NCBI GenBank assembly: GCA_041649955.1
Contig: JBAZMD010000004.1
Location: 1 to 62,671 of the forward strand
DNA: 62,671 nucleotides
Origin: Patescibacteria group bacterium
Lineage (GTDB): Bacteria > Patescibacteriota > Patescibacteriia > UBA2591 > JAQUPP01
Direction: 5' to 3'
A program made the translations under genes and the position numbers. Below, in pieces: positions 45,376 to 54,686 of this stretch. Below the pieces are notes generated by a model that was given only the letters and a program-made list of their open reading frames with translations, made no database searches and was not told the DNA's origin. Each line of letters begins with the position of its first letter. Position 1 is the stretch's first letter.

Positions 45376-46461
45376 TTATTTTTTAATTAATTTCAACAAA
45401 TCCTCTTCGCTTTCATAACCCTTTAATCTGCCCGATAATATTCCCAGTCTATAATTTATCCCCTCGCTCATTAATCGCCAATTGGTATCTAAGAGTATTT
45501 TTTTAATTAACCTTTGTAACTTTATTCGGCTATCATATTCAACCCGGCCTGATTTATTATCCTGGACCGTAAAATTAATAATTACATCTCTATTTATTTC
45601 TGGTTTAGAAAAATCTAATTTAAGATAATCATTTTTTTCAAGAACCGGAACCAAGAGTTTTTGTAGCTCAACAATAGTGAGCTTTTTTATTTTTACCAAT
45701 ATTTTTTGGGTTTTTTCTTTTTCTTTAAATTCTTTTAAAAATTTAGAAACATTTTCTAAGTTAATTTTTTGTTCAAGATATTTTTGACCTTCTTCATCTG
45801 ATAAACAAAATCTCTGGCGATCTCTTTTAAGATACGGGTCAATCTTCTTTGGTTGAAGTTTTTCATCTAAATTTAAAACCTCTTTTTCTTTGTGATGACA
45901 TTTGGGGCAGTTATAGACAGTAGTGATCTTATTCTTTTCTCTTGTATTTTTATCCCTCATCTCGGTTTTACACTTAGGACATCGGGTTGGTTTTAATCTC
46001 CATTCTTCACCATTATCCCAAAAAGCCCTGCGTTTATGACACTTCGGGCATTCAAAGAAAAATAATACTCTATCTTTGCTCTCATCAAGCTCTGTGTGTA
46101 AAGTTTTATCTATCACGGTCATAATTGAACCACAAATAAAACAAGAAATACTTTCTGGTGGTGGGGTATTTTTAAATCTTTCATCTCTTCGCCGGTCACG
46201 ATCTATCCATTTATTAATAGTTTCTGATTTTTTAGCGTAGCGTTCTCCTTTAACAAAATATAGGACAGTTGGAATAAAAACTTTTACCTTAAATTCTTTT
46301 TTAATTTTATTCTTTTTAGATTCACTGTCTTTAGTTGAAATCCAATCTTTGGATATACCACGTTTTTCCCAACTCCTACATTCTTCAATTGTAGAGTGGT
46401 CGTAGAGACCACGATAATACGGTTCGTCCTTAAGGTTTGTTTCTGTTTTTGTCTCGTCCAT
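45376..46461 (-). CDS. multi-zinc-ribbon protein (361 aa)
   Basis: Four CxxC pairs: CFIC, CPKC, CPKC, CPKC. Basic linker regions; the C-terminal half is unassigned. Confidence 0.6.
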   Translation of the reverse strand: MDETKTETNLKDEPYYRGLYDHSTIEECRSWEKRGISKDWISTKDSESKKNKIKKEFKVKVFIPTVLYFVKGERYAKKSETINKWIDRDRRRDERFKNTPPPESISCFICGSIMTVIDKTLHTELDESKDRVLFFFECPKCHKRRAFWDNGEEWRLKPTRCPKCKTEMRDKNTREKNKITTVYNCPKCHHKEKEVLNLDEKLQPKKIDPYLKRDRQRFCLSDEEGQKYLEQKINLENVSKFLKEFKEKEKTQKILVKIKKLTIVELQKLLVPVLEKNDYLKLDFSKPEINRDVIINFTVQDNKSGRVEYDSRIKLQRLIKKILLDTNWRLMSEGINYRLGILSGRLKGYESEEDLLKLIKK

Positions 46462-46582
46462 AAACGTTATTTTAAATTATAGGCTTAATAAAAGCAAGAA
46501 ATTCTACTAGCCAGGGCTGTCACATTTTCCATTTTTTGACGTCTTAAATAATAAGAGGGCAAAAAAAATAACTCCTTCCGTG

Positions 46583-46611
46583 TTGACAATATTTTTCTGT
46601 TTTGCTACACT
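46583..46611 (+). promoter_or_regulatory. promoter upstream of the ParB-methylase/TerS/TerL operon
   Basis: TTGACA, 17 nt, TACACT. Confidence 0.6.
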
Positions 46612-46709
46612 TTAAAAGTACGGTACTTTAGAACAATTTAATTAATCGATCCAATTATTCTTATTCAGTTATAAAAACTGGCGGGCCACGATGCCTGGCA
46701 TAGTTAAAG

Positions 46710-46783
46710 CCACTGGTAAGTATTGGAATAATCACCTAAATAGGTGAGTATTTCCAGTATTAACCAGTGGTTTTTTGGTTTTT
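46710..46783 (+). terminator. long-stem intrinsic terminator inside the operon leader
   Basis: ccactggtaagtattggaa / ttccagtattaaccagtgg (with G-U pairs), inner hairpin tcacctaaataggtga, then TTTTTTGGTTTTT. Confidence 0.65.
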
Positions 46784-46894
46784 AGTAAATACTCCGCTTT
46801 ATTTAGGGCAGGGTATTTTTATGTTTAAAAATAAACCACCACCTCAAAAAATTTAATAAAGAATTAAGTAACTTTTAATTTTAATTAAATTCAT

Positions 46895-48223
46895 ATGATC
46901 GATGTAACAAACAAACTTAATATCGTTTACGTTCCGATAAATTCTTTAAAGGCTGCAAATTATAATCCCAGAAAATGGGACCAAGCAGCCATTAAGAATT
47001 TAATTGAAAGCATAAAGAAATTCGGCATTGTTGATCCATTTTTAGTTAATAGCACTCCGGCCAGAAAAAATACTTTAATCGGCGGACACTTTAGATGGAA
47101 AATTGCCAAAGATTTAAAAATAGAAAGTGTACCGGTAGTATATATCAACATCCCGGATATTGAAAAAGAAAAAGAGCTGAACATTCGCTTGAATAAAAAT
47201 TTAGGCGATTGGGGTTGGGATTTGTTAGCGAATTTTGACGAAAAATTTCTGGCAGATATAGGGTTTTCATCTGAAACATTAGATCAAGTTTTTGGAATTG
47301 ATAATGACCCGGAAGTTTTCGACTTAGAGAAAGAACTAAAGAAACTTAGTATTGAAAAAGTTGAAGTTCAAAAAGGAGACATATACCAACTTGGACAGCA
47401 CCGGATGATGTGCGGAGATTCGACCATTGAATCCGACGTCTTAAAACTGATGGCCGGAGAGAAGGCGTCTCTTTGTCTGACCGACCCTCCGTATATATTA
47501 AATTATTTGAAGGGTAAGAAAAAACACGGTCAAGCCGCCACGGGATTCGGATATAAACGAGATCGGAGATATTTAGAAACAGATGAATTACCGCCCGACT
47601 TTACTGAAAAATGGATGGCAAATGTCTCCAAAGTTGCTAAACCCGATTTTTCCATTATCGTTTACGAGAATTGGAAAAACATCAGAACAATTTGGGGCGA
47701 GATGGAAAAATATTGGAAAGTTAAAAATATGTTGGTCTGGCATTTGCCGAATAGAACGCAGGGTTTTGCCGCAAAATACAAATTTTTTTCAAAGCATGAC
47801 ATCGCTATGGTCGGCGGTTCGGAAAAAATTGACTTAAACCTGAAATCCGAAACAGAATTACTGCAGAACGAATATGAAACGGCTTTGTTTGGAATTTCCG
47901 GCAAACCGCACTGGGAAGGATATGAAAAAGGAAAAAAGATTTGTCCAACAGACTTTATTGAATTTAAAGCGGATGATGCCAAACATTCTGGACAAGGAAT
48001 TATATTTGGCTGTAAACCAATAGAAATTCTTATCCCATACATTAAGGTTCTAACCGAAAGAAATGATTTAATTTTTGAACCCTATGGGGGAAGTGGAAGT
48101 CTGCTTATCAGTGCAACAAAAATGCAAAGACGTTGCAACTTAATGGAAAAAGTTCCTACGTACTGTGAAGTGATAAAGCGTCGCTGGGAAAAATTAACTG
48201 GTTTAAAAGCTAAAAAAATATGA
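46895..48223 (+). CDS. ParB-like nuclease domain fused to a DNA N6-adenine/N4-cytosine methyltransferase
   Basis: ParB-N motifs (YNPRKW, GGHFRW), then LTDPPY (motif IV) and a C-terminal EPYGGSGS (motif I). Confidence 0.8.
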   Translation: MIDVTNKLNIVYVPINSLKAANYNPRKWDQAAIKNLIESIKKFGIVDPFLVNSTPARKNTLIGGHFRWKIAKDLKIESVPVVYINIPDIEKEKELNIRLNKNLGDWGWDLLANFDEKFLADIGFSSETLDQVFGIDNDPEVFDLEKELKKLSIEKVEVQKGDIYQLGQHRMMCGDSTIESDVLKLMAGEKASLCLTDPPYILNYLKGKKKHGQAATGFGYKRDRRYLETDELPPDFTEKWMANVSKVAKPDFSIIVYENWKNIRTIWGEMEKYWKVKNMLVWHLPNRTQGFAAKYKFFSKHDIAMVGGSEKIDLNLKSETELLQNEYETALFGISGKPHWEGYEKGKKICPTDFIEFKADDAKHSGQGIIFGCKPIEILIPYIKVLTERNDLIFEPYGGSGSLLISATKMQRRCNLMEKVPTYCEVIKRRWEKLTGLKAKKI

Positions 48224-48618
48224 TCAGCGCCAAAGAAAAGAAATTATTATTGGAACATCTAAGTAAAACGCCGATCATAGAAATTGCCTGTAAACAAGCT
48301 GGCGTAAGCCGGGCAACGTATTACAGGCTGCGCAATAAAAGCGTGGATTTCAGAAAAGCGGCGGACTCAGCCATGGCAGAAGGAATTTTGCTGATTAATG
48401 ATATGAGTGAGGCCCAGGTTATTTCCTTAATCAAAGAAAAAAATTGGTCAGCTATAAGCTTCTGGTTAAAATCACATCATCATTCATACTCTGATAAGGT
48501 TGAGATCAGTAGGCGGATCACTGGCTCATTGGGAGAATTATCTCCAGAGGAAGAAAAAATTATCGCCGAAGCTATGAGACTAGCTTCAGGGGGCGCTATT
48601 AAAAAACAACGATTATGA
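48220..48618 (+). CDS. terminase small-subunit-like HTH protein
   Basis: ACKQAGVSRATYYRLRNK helix-turn-helix. ATGA coupling on both sides. Confidence 0.6.
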   Translation: MISAKEKKLLLEHLSKTPIIEIACKQAGVSRATYYRLRNKSVDFRKAADSAMAEGILLINDMSEAQVISLIKEKNWSAISFWLKSHHHSYSDKVEISRRITGSLGELSPEEEKIIAEAMRLASGGAIKKQRL

Positions 48619-49793
48619 AAATAGACGAAAAATACATCCAGAAAATCTGGGAAAATAAAAAGGTAAGACAATCCCTGGCCTTTAAGCATCCGCTTTGGTT
48701 TAGTCTCTTTTATCTCCGTCATCATTTCACTTATCCCTTGGCCCCTTTCCATTTGGAAATGTTTCACCTTATTAAGCATCAAGAATACGAGTTTATTGTT
48801 ATGATGGCTTTTCGCGGATCCGGCAAATCAACCATTATGAACATGTCCAATGTCCTCTGGTCTATTTTAGGCAAGCCGCAGAAAAAATTTGTCATTATTA
48901 TTAGTAAAACTCAGGAACAGGCTAAAAATCATTTCGCTAACATTAAGTCCGAGCTTGAAAATAATAAAGAATTAAAAGAGGATTTTGGCCCGTTTAAGGA
49001 AAGCCAAGACGCTTGGAATAGACTTTCTTTAGAGCTTGAATATCACGGCGCAAAAATTATATCGGCTACTCGAGATCAAAGTATCCGAGGATTAAGATAT
49101 AGACAGTTCAGGCCAGATCTTATTATCCTCGACGAAGCAGAAGACACCGATTTAACGGCTGATAATAATATAGACGGTAAGGCTTTCCTCCAAAAATTTC
49201 AAGACGAAATAATTCCTCTGGGCAGTAATAATACCAGAATTGTTGTTCTGGGTAATTTAATCTCCAAAGATTCTTTCATGATGCGATTGAAAGAAATAAT
49301 TGAGAAAAATAAGAATAATGGTATCTTTCGAGCTTATCCTCTTCTCGATGATAATTATGAAAATTTATGGCCGGATAAATTCTCAGATATTGAAATCATT
49401 GAGAAAATACGTGCTAAACTATCGAATCAAACATGGGCAAGAGAATATCTTTTAAGGCTCGATGGTCCGGACACACCAGATGACATTAAAGATGAACTGT
49501 CCGAACTTACAGTTGATTCGGAATTGGTAAAATTATCACATCAATATGAGAATGAATTATGTGATTCTAGGGTTCAACTCCCGTTGATAAAACAAATGAA
49601 AAAATTCAGTATCAGCGCTCCGAAAATTGAACCTGACCCCGAAATTATTATTCAGTCTGATGATCTGCGATATCCGATATATCAAAAATATTTGGAAGTG
49701 TCGAAAAAAATTAGCGATGAACTTGCCGCTTCTCTAAGAAAATTATTGGACGAGAGAAGAAAAAAATCTTCTGAGGGTTTAATCAGACATTAA
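48615..49793 (+). CDS. terminase large-subunit-like ATPase; the nuclease domain appears truncated or replaced
   Basis: PFHLEMF, Walker A FRGSGKST and Walker B LIILDEAED. Only 392 aa, with a low-complexity C-terminus. Confidence 0.65.
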   Translation: MKIDEKYIQKIWENKKVRQSLAFKHPLWFSLFYLRHHFTYPLAPFHLEMFHLIKHQEYEFIVMMAFRGSGKSTIMNMSNVLWSILGKPQKKFVIIISKTQEQAKNHFANIKSELENNKELKEDFGPFKESQDAWNRLSLELEYHGAKIISATRDQSIRGLRYRQFRPDLIILDEAEDTDLTADNNIDGKAFLQKFQDEIIPLGSNNTRIVVLGNLISKDSFMMRLKEIIEKNKNNGIFRAYPLLDDNYENLWPDKFSDIEIIEKIRAKLSNQTWAREYLLRLDGPDTPDDIKDELSELTVDSELVKLSHQYENELCDSRVQLPLIKQMKKFSISAPKIEPDPEIIIQSDDLRYPIYQKYLEVSKKISDELAASLRKLLDERRKKSSEGLIRH

Positions 49794-49809
49794 ATATTAA
49801 TAATTTACC

Positions 49810-49850
49810 AATAACAAAAACCTTCCAGTAAGGATGGTTTTTGTTATTCT
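49810..49850 (+). terminator. terminator of the packaging-like operon
   Basis: aataacaaaaacc...ggtttttgttatt stem. Confidence 0.75.
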
Positions 49851-49899
49851 CTAATTCACGGTTTAGTAATTAATCTATTTATAGATCTTTGACGCTTGT

Positions 49900-50070
49900 T
49901 TATTCGGGAATCTTCTTAACTTGGGAATTATCATTAATTTTTTCCAAATTATTATTGATTTTTTTCAATAATGGAACAATTTCATTGATTCTCCAATACC
50001 AGTGTACAACATCACGAAAAATCAAAAATAGAAAGATGAATATTGCGACGGAAAATATTACATAACCCAT
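49900..50070 (-). CDS. possible 56-aa single-TM protein
   Basis: Below the track cut-off. Reads MGYVIFSVAIFIFLFLIFRDVVHWYWRINEIVPLLKKINNNLEKINDNSQVKKIPE. Confidence 0.4.
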   Translation of the reverse strand: MGYVIFSVAIFIFLFLIFRDVVHWYWRINEIVPLLKKINNNLEKINDNSQVKKIPE

Positions 50071-50230
50071 AATTTTGATATTTTAAAACAAATTATTTAT
50101 TATTAGATATGTGATGAATAATGATTATTATTCTGTCGGAACAAATTAACGTGGCACCCAACCACTATGTCCGACCATTTTACCATTTAATATTTTCACT
50201 TCTATTAGAGTCTGTGACTCAAGATATAAG

Positions 50231-51169
50231 TTATTCAACTTTTTTCAAGACCCAATCAAAAAGTCCGGAGTTTATGGCTAATTCTGCAATCTTATCAGAA
50301 AAATATAAGTTTAGATTATCAACATCATTTATATATTTTTCTAAATCTCCTTGTGGCGTATGGGCCACATAAAAAAATCTGTCATAATCAGTCATTCTGG
50401 TAAATATTTTTTTATATTTATTAAATTCAGCTACATTGGTTTGACATTTTATTTGTACCACCGCTTTCTCTTCGGTAATGGGATGGAAAATAGCTAAATC
50501 TATTAATTTTGTGGTTTTACCCACCACCCCCAATCTTTGCCATCCGCCAGCTCTAAAAATAAGGTCAATTAAGAGCTCAAAATCTTTGGGATTAAGCTTC
50601 TTAATTAACAAAATTAGCCTGTCTTTTAGCTGGCCAAAAGATTCTTCGGCCTCTTTTATTTCTTTTGACTGTTCTCCGGTAATTTTTTTAATCAAATAAT
50701 CTTTTTCATGTACAGAACAAATCGTTCCCTTAAAACCTTGGGTTTTTGAAAGTTGACCGCTAATATTTTCTAAAAATAAGGTTTTACCTTTTAAATCCTG
50801 GCAAGACCACCTGCCAATTACTTTCCTAGCCCTACTTTTATCTTTTTGAACAAATACTTTTTTGTCGGAAAAACACCAATAGAGCTTATTATTATAAAAA
50901 GTTATCCACAAAACATTTTTATCTTCTTCATAAAAATATTTAATTTGAGTAGCATGAAAAGTAACCACTTGGTTTGAGAGGCCACGTTTCTTATGATAAT
51001 AATCCTTTATCTTCTGCCATTGGCCACAAGAACAAAGAGTATTATCAGCATCATTATAACCAATTTTCAAAATGTTTTTTTCTATACATTCTTTTTCAAA
51101 TTCTCCACCACGACCTAATTTAATGAAAAGAGCTTTCTCAACTTTATTTAATTTTTCTTTTATATTCAT
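50231..51169 (-). CDS. Mrr-type (PD-(D/E)xK) restriction endonuclease domain protein with an unassigned N-terminal domain
   Basis: C-terminal FELLIDLIFRAGGW...LIDLAIF...AVVQIKCQ matches the Mrr_cat D...(E/Q)xK layout. The N-terminal 190 aa are unassigned. Confidence 0.6.
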   Translation of the reverse strand: MNIKEKLNKVEKALFIKLGRGGEFEKECIEKNILKIGYNDADNTLCSCGQWQKIKDYYHKKRGLSNQVVTFHATQIKYFYEEDKNVLWITFYNNKLYWCFSDKKVFVQKDKSRARKVIGRWSCQDLKGKTLFLENISGQLSKTQGFKGTICSVHEKDYLIKKITGEQSKEIKEAEESFGQLKDRLILLIKKLNPKDFELLIDLIFRAGGWQRLGVVGKTTKLIDLAIFHPITEEKAVVQIKCQTNVAEFNKYKKIFTRMTDYDRFFYVAHTPQGDLEKYINDVDNLNLYFSDKIAELAINSGLFDWVLKKVE

Positions 51170-51189
51170 ATTTTTAATTTATTAAATTA

Positions 51190-51360
51190 TTAGAGATGGA
51201 TCAGAATTGGCGTAAATACATAAAGCCCGCCGCTAGCGATGACTTGCGTCACCCATACTCCCTTTCGAGAATATGACCGGTAAAGGTAGCTCTAACGACG
51301 AGCCTAATATCCTTTACCGGATTTTTTCTGCCATGCCCACGGAGAATCCATGAGTTTAGG
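51190..51360. ncRNA. GC-rich structured spacer (candidate sRNA, or a structured 5' leader of the Mrr-like gene)
   Basis: 10-bp stem ccggtaaagg/cctttaccgg (51277-51320) followed by TTTTTT on the plus strand. Hairpins cgctagcg and tgacttgcgtca. Distal atggat/atccat pairing. Confidence 0.35.
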
Positions 51361-51441
51361 CAAATTAAATTGTTAACTTAAATATAGCATAAAAAACTAA
51401 AAAGTGAAACTTGAGTTACCTACAAGTTATCTACTCTAATT

Positions 51442-51472
51442 AAAAACGAGGTGCTATAAGCATCTCGTTTTT
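51442..51472. terminator. bidirectional terminator ending the orphan operon
   Basis: aaaaacgaggtgc...gcatctcgttttt. Confidence 0.75.
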
Positions 51473-51496
51473 AATAGATATTTTATGAAGATTGAA

Positions 51497-51694
51497 TCAT
51501 TTTTTAAGAATAGAAGCTATTAGTGCAACCACTGATAAAATTATTAAGACAATAAAAACGTTACTTATTTTTTTCGCAATTCCATTAACAACGTGGTCGC
51601 CCACGGTCTTCCAAAAATTTTTAGTAAAAAGAATACGTATTAACCATGAAACTAGTATGACTATAATTATTGCAATTAATATTTGACTTAGCAT
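51497..51694 (-). CDS. small 2-TM membrane protein (65 aa), last gene of the orphan operon
   Basis: MLSQILIAIIIVILVSWL...VFIVLIILSVVALIASILKK. The track ORF extends to 51793 but then overlaps the 980-aa gene. Confidence 0.45.
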   Translation of the reverse strand: MLSQILIAIIIVILVSWLIRILFTKNFWKTVGDHVVNGIAKKISNVFIVLIILSVVALIASILKK

Positions 51695-51743
51695 AAATTT
51701 ATATTTAATTACGTAGTTAAAACAAGTCGCCAGAAAAAATACT

Positions 51744-54686
51744 TTAATCAAGAATATCCTTAAGTCCCCAAAATGCGCTACTTCCTTTCTCAATAAGCGT
51801 ATTTATTAAATCTGTCACTTTTTGTTTTATCGTATTATCACCGTTTTTATAGATAGTCGTTAAGGCTTCTTTGATTTCAGTATGATGTATAAGAGGTGCA
51901 CGACGGTTCTGGATCAGATTGTTTTTTGAGTCAAGTAGATAGTTTGAAATAATTTCCAATGTCTTCCCCCCATTTTTTTCTGCAAAGGTAGGTAATCGCT
52001 TTAAAAGCCCATAGTCCCAATCAATCTCGCCGTTAGACTTTTTAAGCGTCTCTGCTATTTTCTCAACCACGATTTTATCATCTAATACTTCTATCTCTCG
52101 ATTTATCCAAAAACCAAAACCAGATAAAGCTTTTGGCTCTGAAACATTTTTCAAGGCCCAATTCCAAAATTTAATAAGTTTTTCCTTACTTACCTTATTT
52201 TCTTTTAACCATTTGTTTCCGGCTTGATCTCGTGTTAAGCAACTACGTCCGATAAACGATATAAATTCTTGGTGTCGGGTTGTGTTGGGAGTATTCCAGA
52301 ATTGTATAAATAAAGGATCGCTTATTTTTAAACCTAAGTGAGCAAAAGCAAGTGCGAGATGAATTGCCAAAGATTCATCAAGACCCTTTGAATATTTCCT
52401 TTGAGTGTAATCTTTAGGATCAAGCGTGATTGCGTGGCTATAGTAATCTTTAAGTTTAACGAATAACTTGTCGTATAAAGTATTTGATAGATAACCCTCC
52501 CATGACGCTAAGTAGGTATCTTTTTTATTCGGATCATCTTTGGGAAAAATCTCGAGAAAGAGACCAGCTATAAATTTTTTATCTCGAAAATAAAACGGTG
52601 CTAAATATCGGCCGATAACAAACCGGACAGCAAGAGAATCATCAGTAAGAGCCTTTTTATAAAATTCTTTAACATCATCTGCCAGGGTTTCCCCATCATT
52701 TTCGGTAAACACAACAAATGCTTCATAGGCTCGTCCCCGGACAGAATTAATGGCTATATGATATAGCTCACCATATTCTGGTTTTTCGTCTTCTTTTGAT
52801 GGACTATCTTTAATGGTAAACAAGTATGAAATCAAATTCTTGATTTTTTCTCTGTATTCTTTACGAACTTGCTCTTTCATTTCCTTGTTTTCCAAAATAT
52901 AAAGCAAAATATCTGCAATTACTTTATGGACAGTTACCCAATCGGCTAACCAAGACTTGTCATTTTTTCTTTTAAATGGTGTTTTCTCTCCCTCGTTTTT
53001 AATCACTTCGAATAGACCAAAGATCTGATTAATTTGATCAAAGGTTAATAATTGCTTATTGCGAAGCATTTCTTCAATGCCACGTAAAAGTGAATATAAA
53101 TAGTGAGGATGAATATCATCCCTATCAAAAAAAGAATTAATATTATTTAAATATTCCTCCGTTCTTTTTTTAATATCTTCTTTTAGGGCATCACCAAGGC
53201 CTTCAACGCCACGAGGATTTAAAAAATCATCATCTTTAAATTGCTCATTTAGCTTCTCTGCTGTCCATTTAGTTTTTAAATTCGCGACAATTTGATCAAT
53301 CATGAAATCATTAAGATTTACTGGGGACCTGTGTTGTACTGTACCACCTCTTATTTCGCCAATTGATGGTTCTGGTGTGTTATTAATTTTGTCTGGGGAA
53401 ATTCCAAATTTTCCCTCTGCCTGTTTTTTTTCATCGGGAGTAAGGTGATCCTTAATAAAACCGAGAATCTTTATACCATCTCGTTCTCTCCATTTTTTCT
53501 TATCTTTATCTTCAAGCTCCGATCCAAAATATTCAAACACTTTTTCAACATATTTTCTTTGTTCTGTTTTTGGATCAAGGACGCCAAAACCTCGAATTAA
53601 CGCTTGATGATATTCGGATCCGCTCTCAATCTCGAAATATCGCTCACCAACATCAAATACCTTAAAGAATGCATCTTGTAATTCTTTTTTAAATGTTTTT
53701 GGACACTGTGCCAGAGCGAACAATCTCAACCGCCACATTGAACGACATGAAGGCAGTTTATTAATATATTCAAATAATCTTTTTGCTTCATTAACATCAC
53801 CACATTTCTTGCCAATAGTTCTCTCAATTAACTTCTTAATAGTAGCGGCGAGATTTTTTACATCCTCTCGATATGAGACACTTCTCTTGTTCTGAATTTC
53901 AAGCGTGAAGAAATCAACATCAAATAAAGAGAAGAAATCTACATAATCAAAAACTTTTGTTTCGTTAAGTTCAGACAATTTTATAATCTCCGCCATTATG
54001 CCGGTAGTAATTTGAAGCGCTTTTTCTATGTAAGATTCATCGAGGTTCGTCAGTGCCTCAAAAATACCAGAATCATTTAAATCACTGATATAAAAAGGGT
54101 TATCCATACTACAGCCAATTTCTTTTTTCGCAATTTCTGTTTTGCTTCTTATGGTAAGAATGGCTTGAGCTAATTCTAAAATTGCATCGTCTTGTTTTTT
54201 CTCAACTAATTTCTTAATAATTTTTTCAAAGTCATAACCGGATTTGCGCAAATTTTTTATTAAGCAAACCCACTTTTCGTCTCTTATTTTAGCCGTGAGC
54301 ATTTTTATTTGTTCAGCTGGAAGCTTGTCTATGATCCACAAGAAGCGTTCAATAACCTCAGAATTAAACTTTTCTTTTTTGGTAGCAGTGTCTTTATCAA
54401 GTATAATTTCCGTAACCTTGGTGGGGTTTTTCTCGGCCATTCTTTCTAAATAATCAAGCCCTGAAATGCGATAAGAGCGTTGAGTAGAATTTTCTGCATT
54501 ATTTTTTATTTCATCAAGAAAACCTTCTTGCCAAAGCCAAGCGAGCCAAGATTCATCAGCTTGGGAGAAAAAAAATCGTTTAGCATCATCGTTTAAGAGT
54601 AAACCTCGAGCGACTTTAACGTCCGCAGATTCAACACCTGCTTTAAAAAATTCTTCTATTTTTTTATGTAATGCAAGTTGATTCAT
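51744..54686 (-). CDS. large hypothetical protein (980 aa), sequence pattern suggests a helical-repeat fold
   Basis: Uninterrupted 2.9-kb ORF. No Walker, nuclease, TIR/SIR2 or other catalytic motif found by eye. Confidence 0.75.
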   Translation of the reverse strand: MNQLALHKKIEEFFKAGVESADVKVARGLLLNDDAKRFFFSQADESWLAWLWQEGFLDEIKNNAENSTQRSYRISGLDYLERMAEKNPTKVTEIILDKDTATKKEKFNSEVIERFLWIIDKLPAEQIKMLTAKIRDEKWVCLIKNLRKSGYDFEKIIKKLVEKKQDDAILELAQAILTIRSKTEIAKKEIGCSMDNPFYISDLNDSGIFEALTNLDESYIEKALQITTGIMAEIIKLSELNETKVFDYVDFFSLFDVDFFTLEIQNKRSVSYREDVKNLAATIKKLIERTIGKKCGDVNEAKRLFEYINKLPSCRSMWRLRLFALAQCPKTFKKELQDAFFKVFDVGERYFEIESGSEYHQALIRGFGVLDPKTEQRKYVEKVFEYFGSELEDKDKKKWRERDGIKILGFIKDHLTPDEKKQAEGKFGISPDKINNTPEPSIGEIRGGTVQHRSPVNLNDFMIDQIVANLKTKWTAEKLNEQFKDDDFLNPRGVEGLGDALKEDIKKRTEEYLNNINSFFDRDDIHPHYLYSLLRGIEEMLRNKQLLTFDQINQIFGLFEVIKNEGEKTPFKRKNDKSWLADWVTVHKVIADILLYILENKEMKEQVRKEYREKIKNLISYLFTIKDSPSKEDEKPEYGELYHIAINSVRGRAYEAFVVFTENDGETLADDVKEFYKKALTDDSLAVRFVIGRYLAPFYFRDKKFIAGLFLEIFPKDDPNKKDTYLASWEGYLSNTLYDKLFVKLKDYYSHAITLDPKDYTQRKYSKGLDESLAIHLALAFAHLGLKISDPLFIQFWNTPNTTRHQEFISFIGRSCLTRDQAGNKWLKENKVSKEKLIKFWNWALKNVSEPKALSGFGFWINREIEVLDDKIVVEKIAETLKKSNGEIDWDYGLLKRLPTFAEKNGGKTLEIISNYLLDSKNNLIQNRRAPLIHHTEIKEALTTIYKNGDNTIKQKVTDLINTLIEKGSSAFWGLKDILD

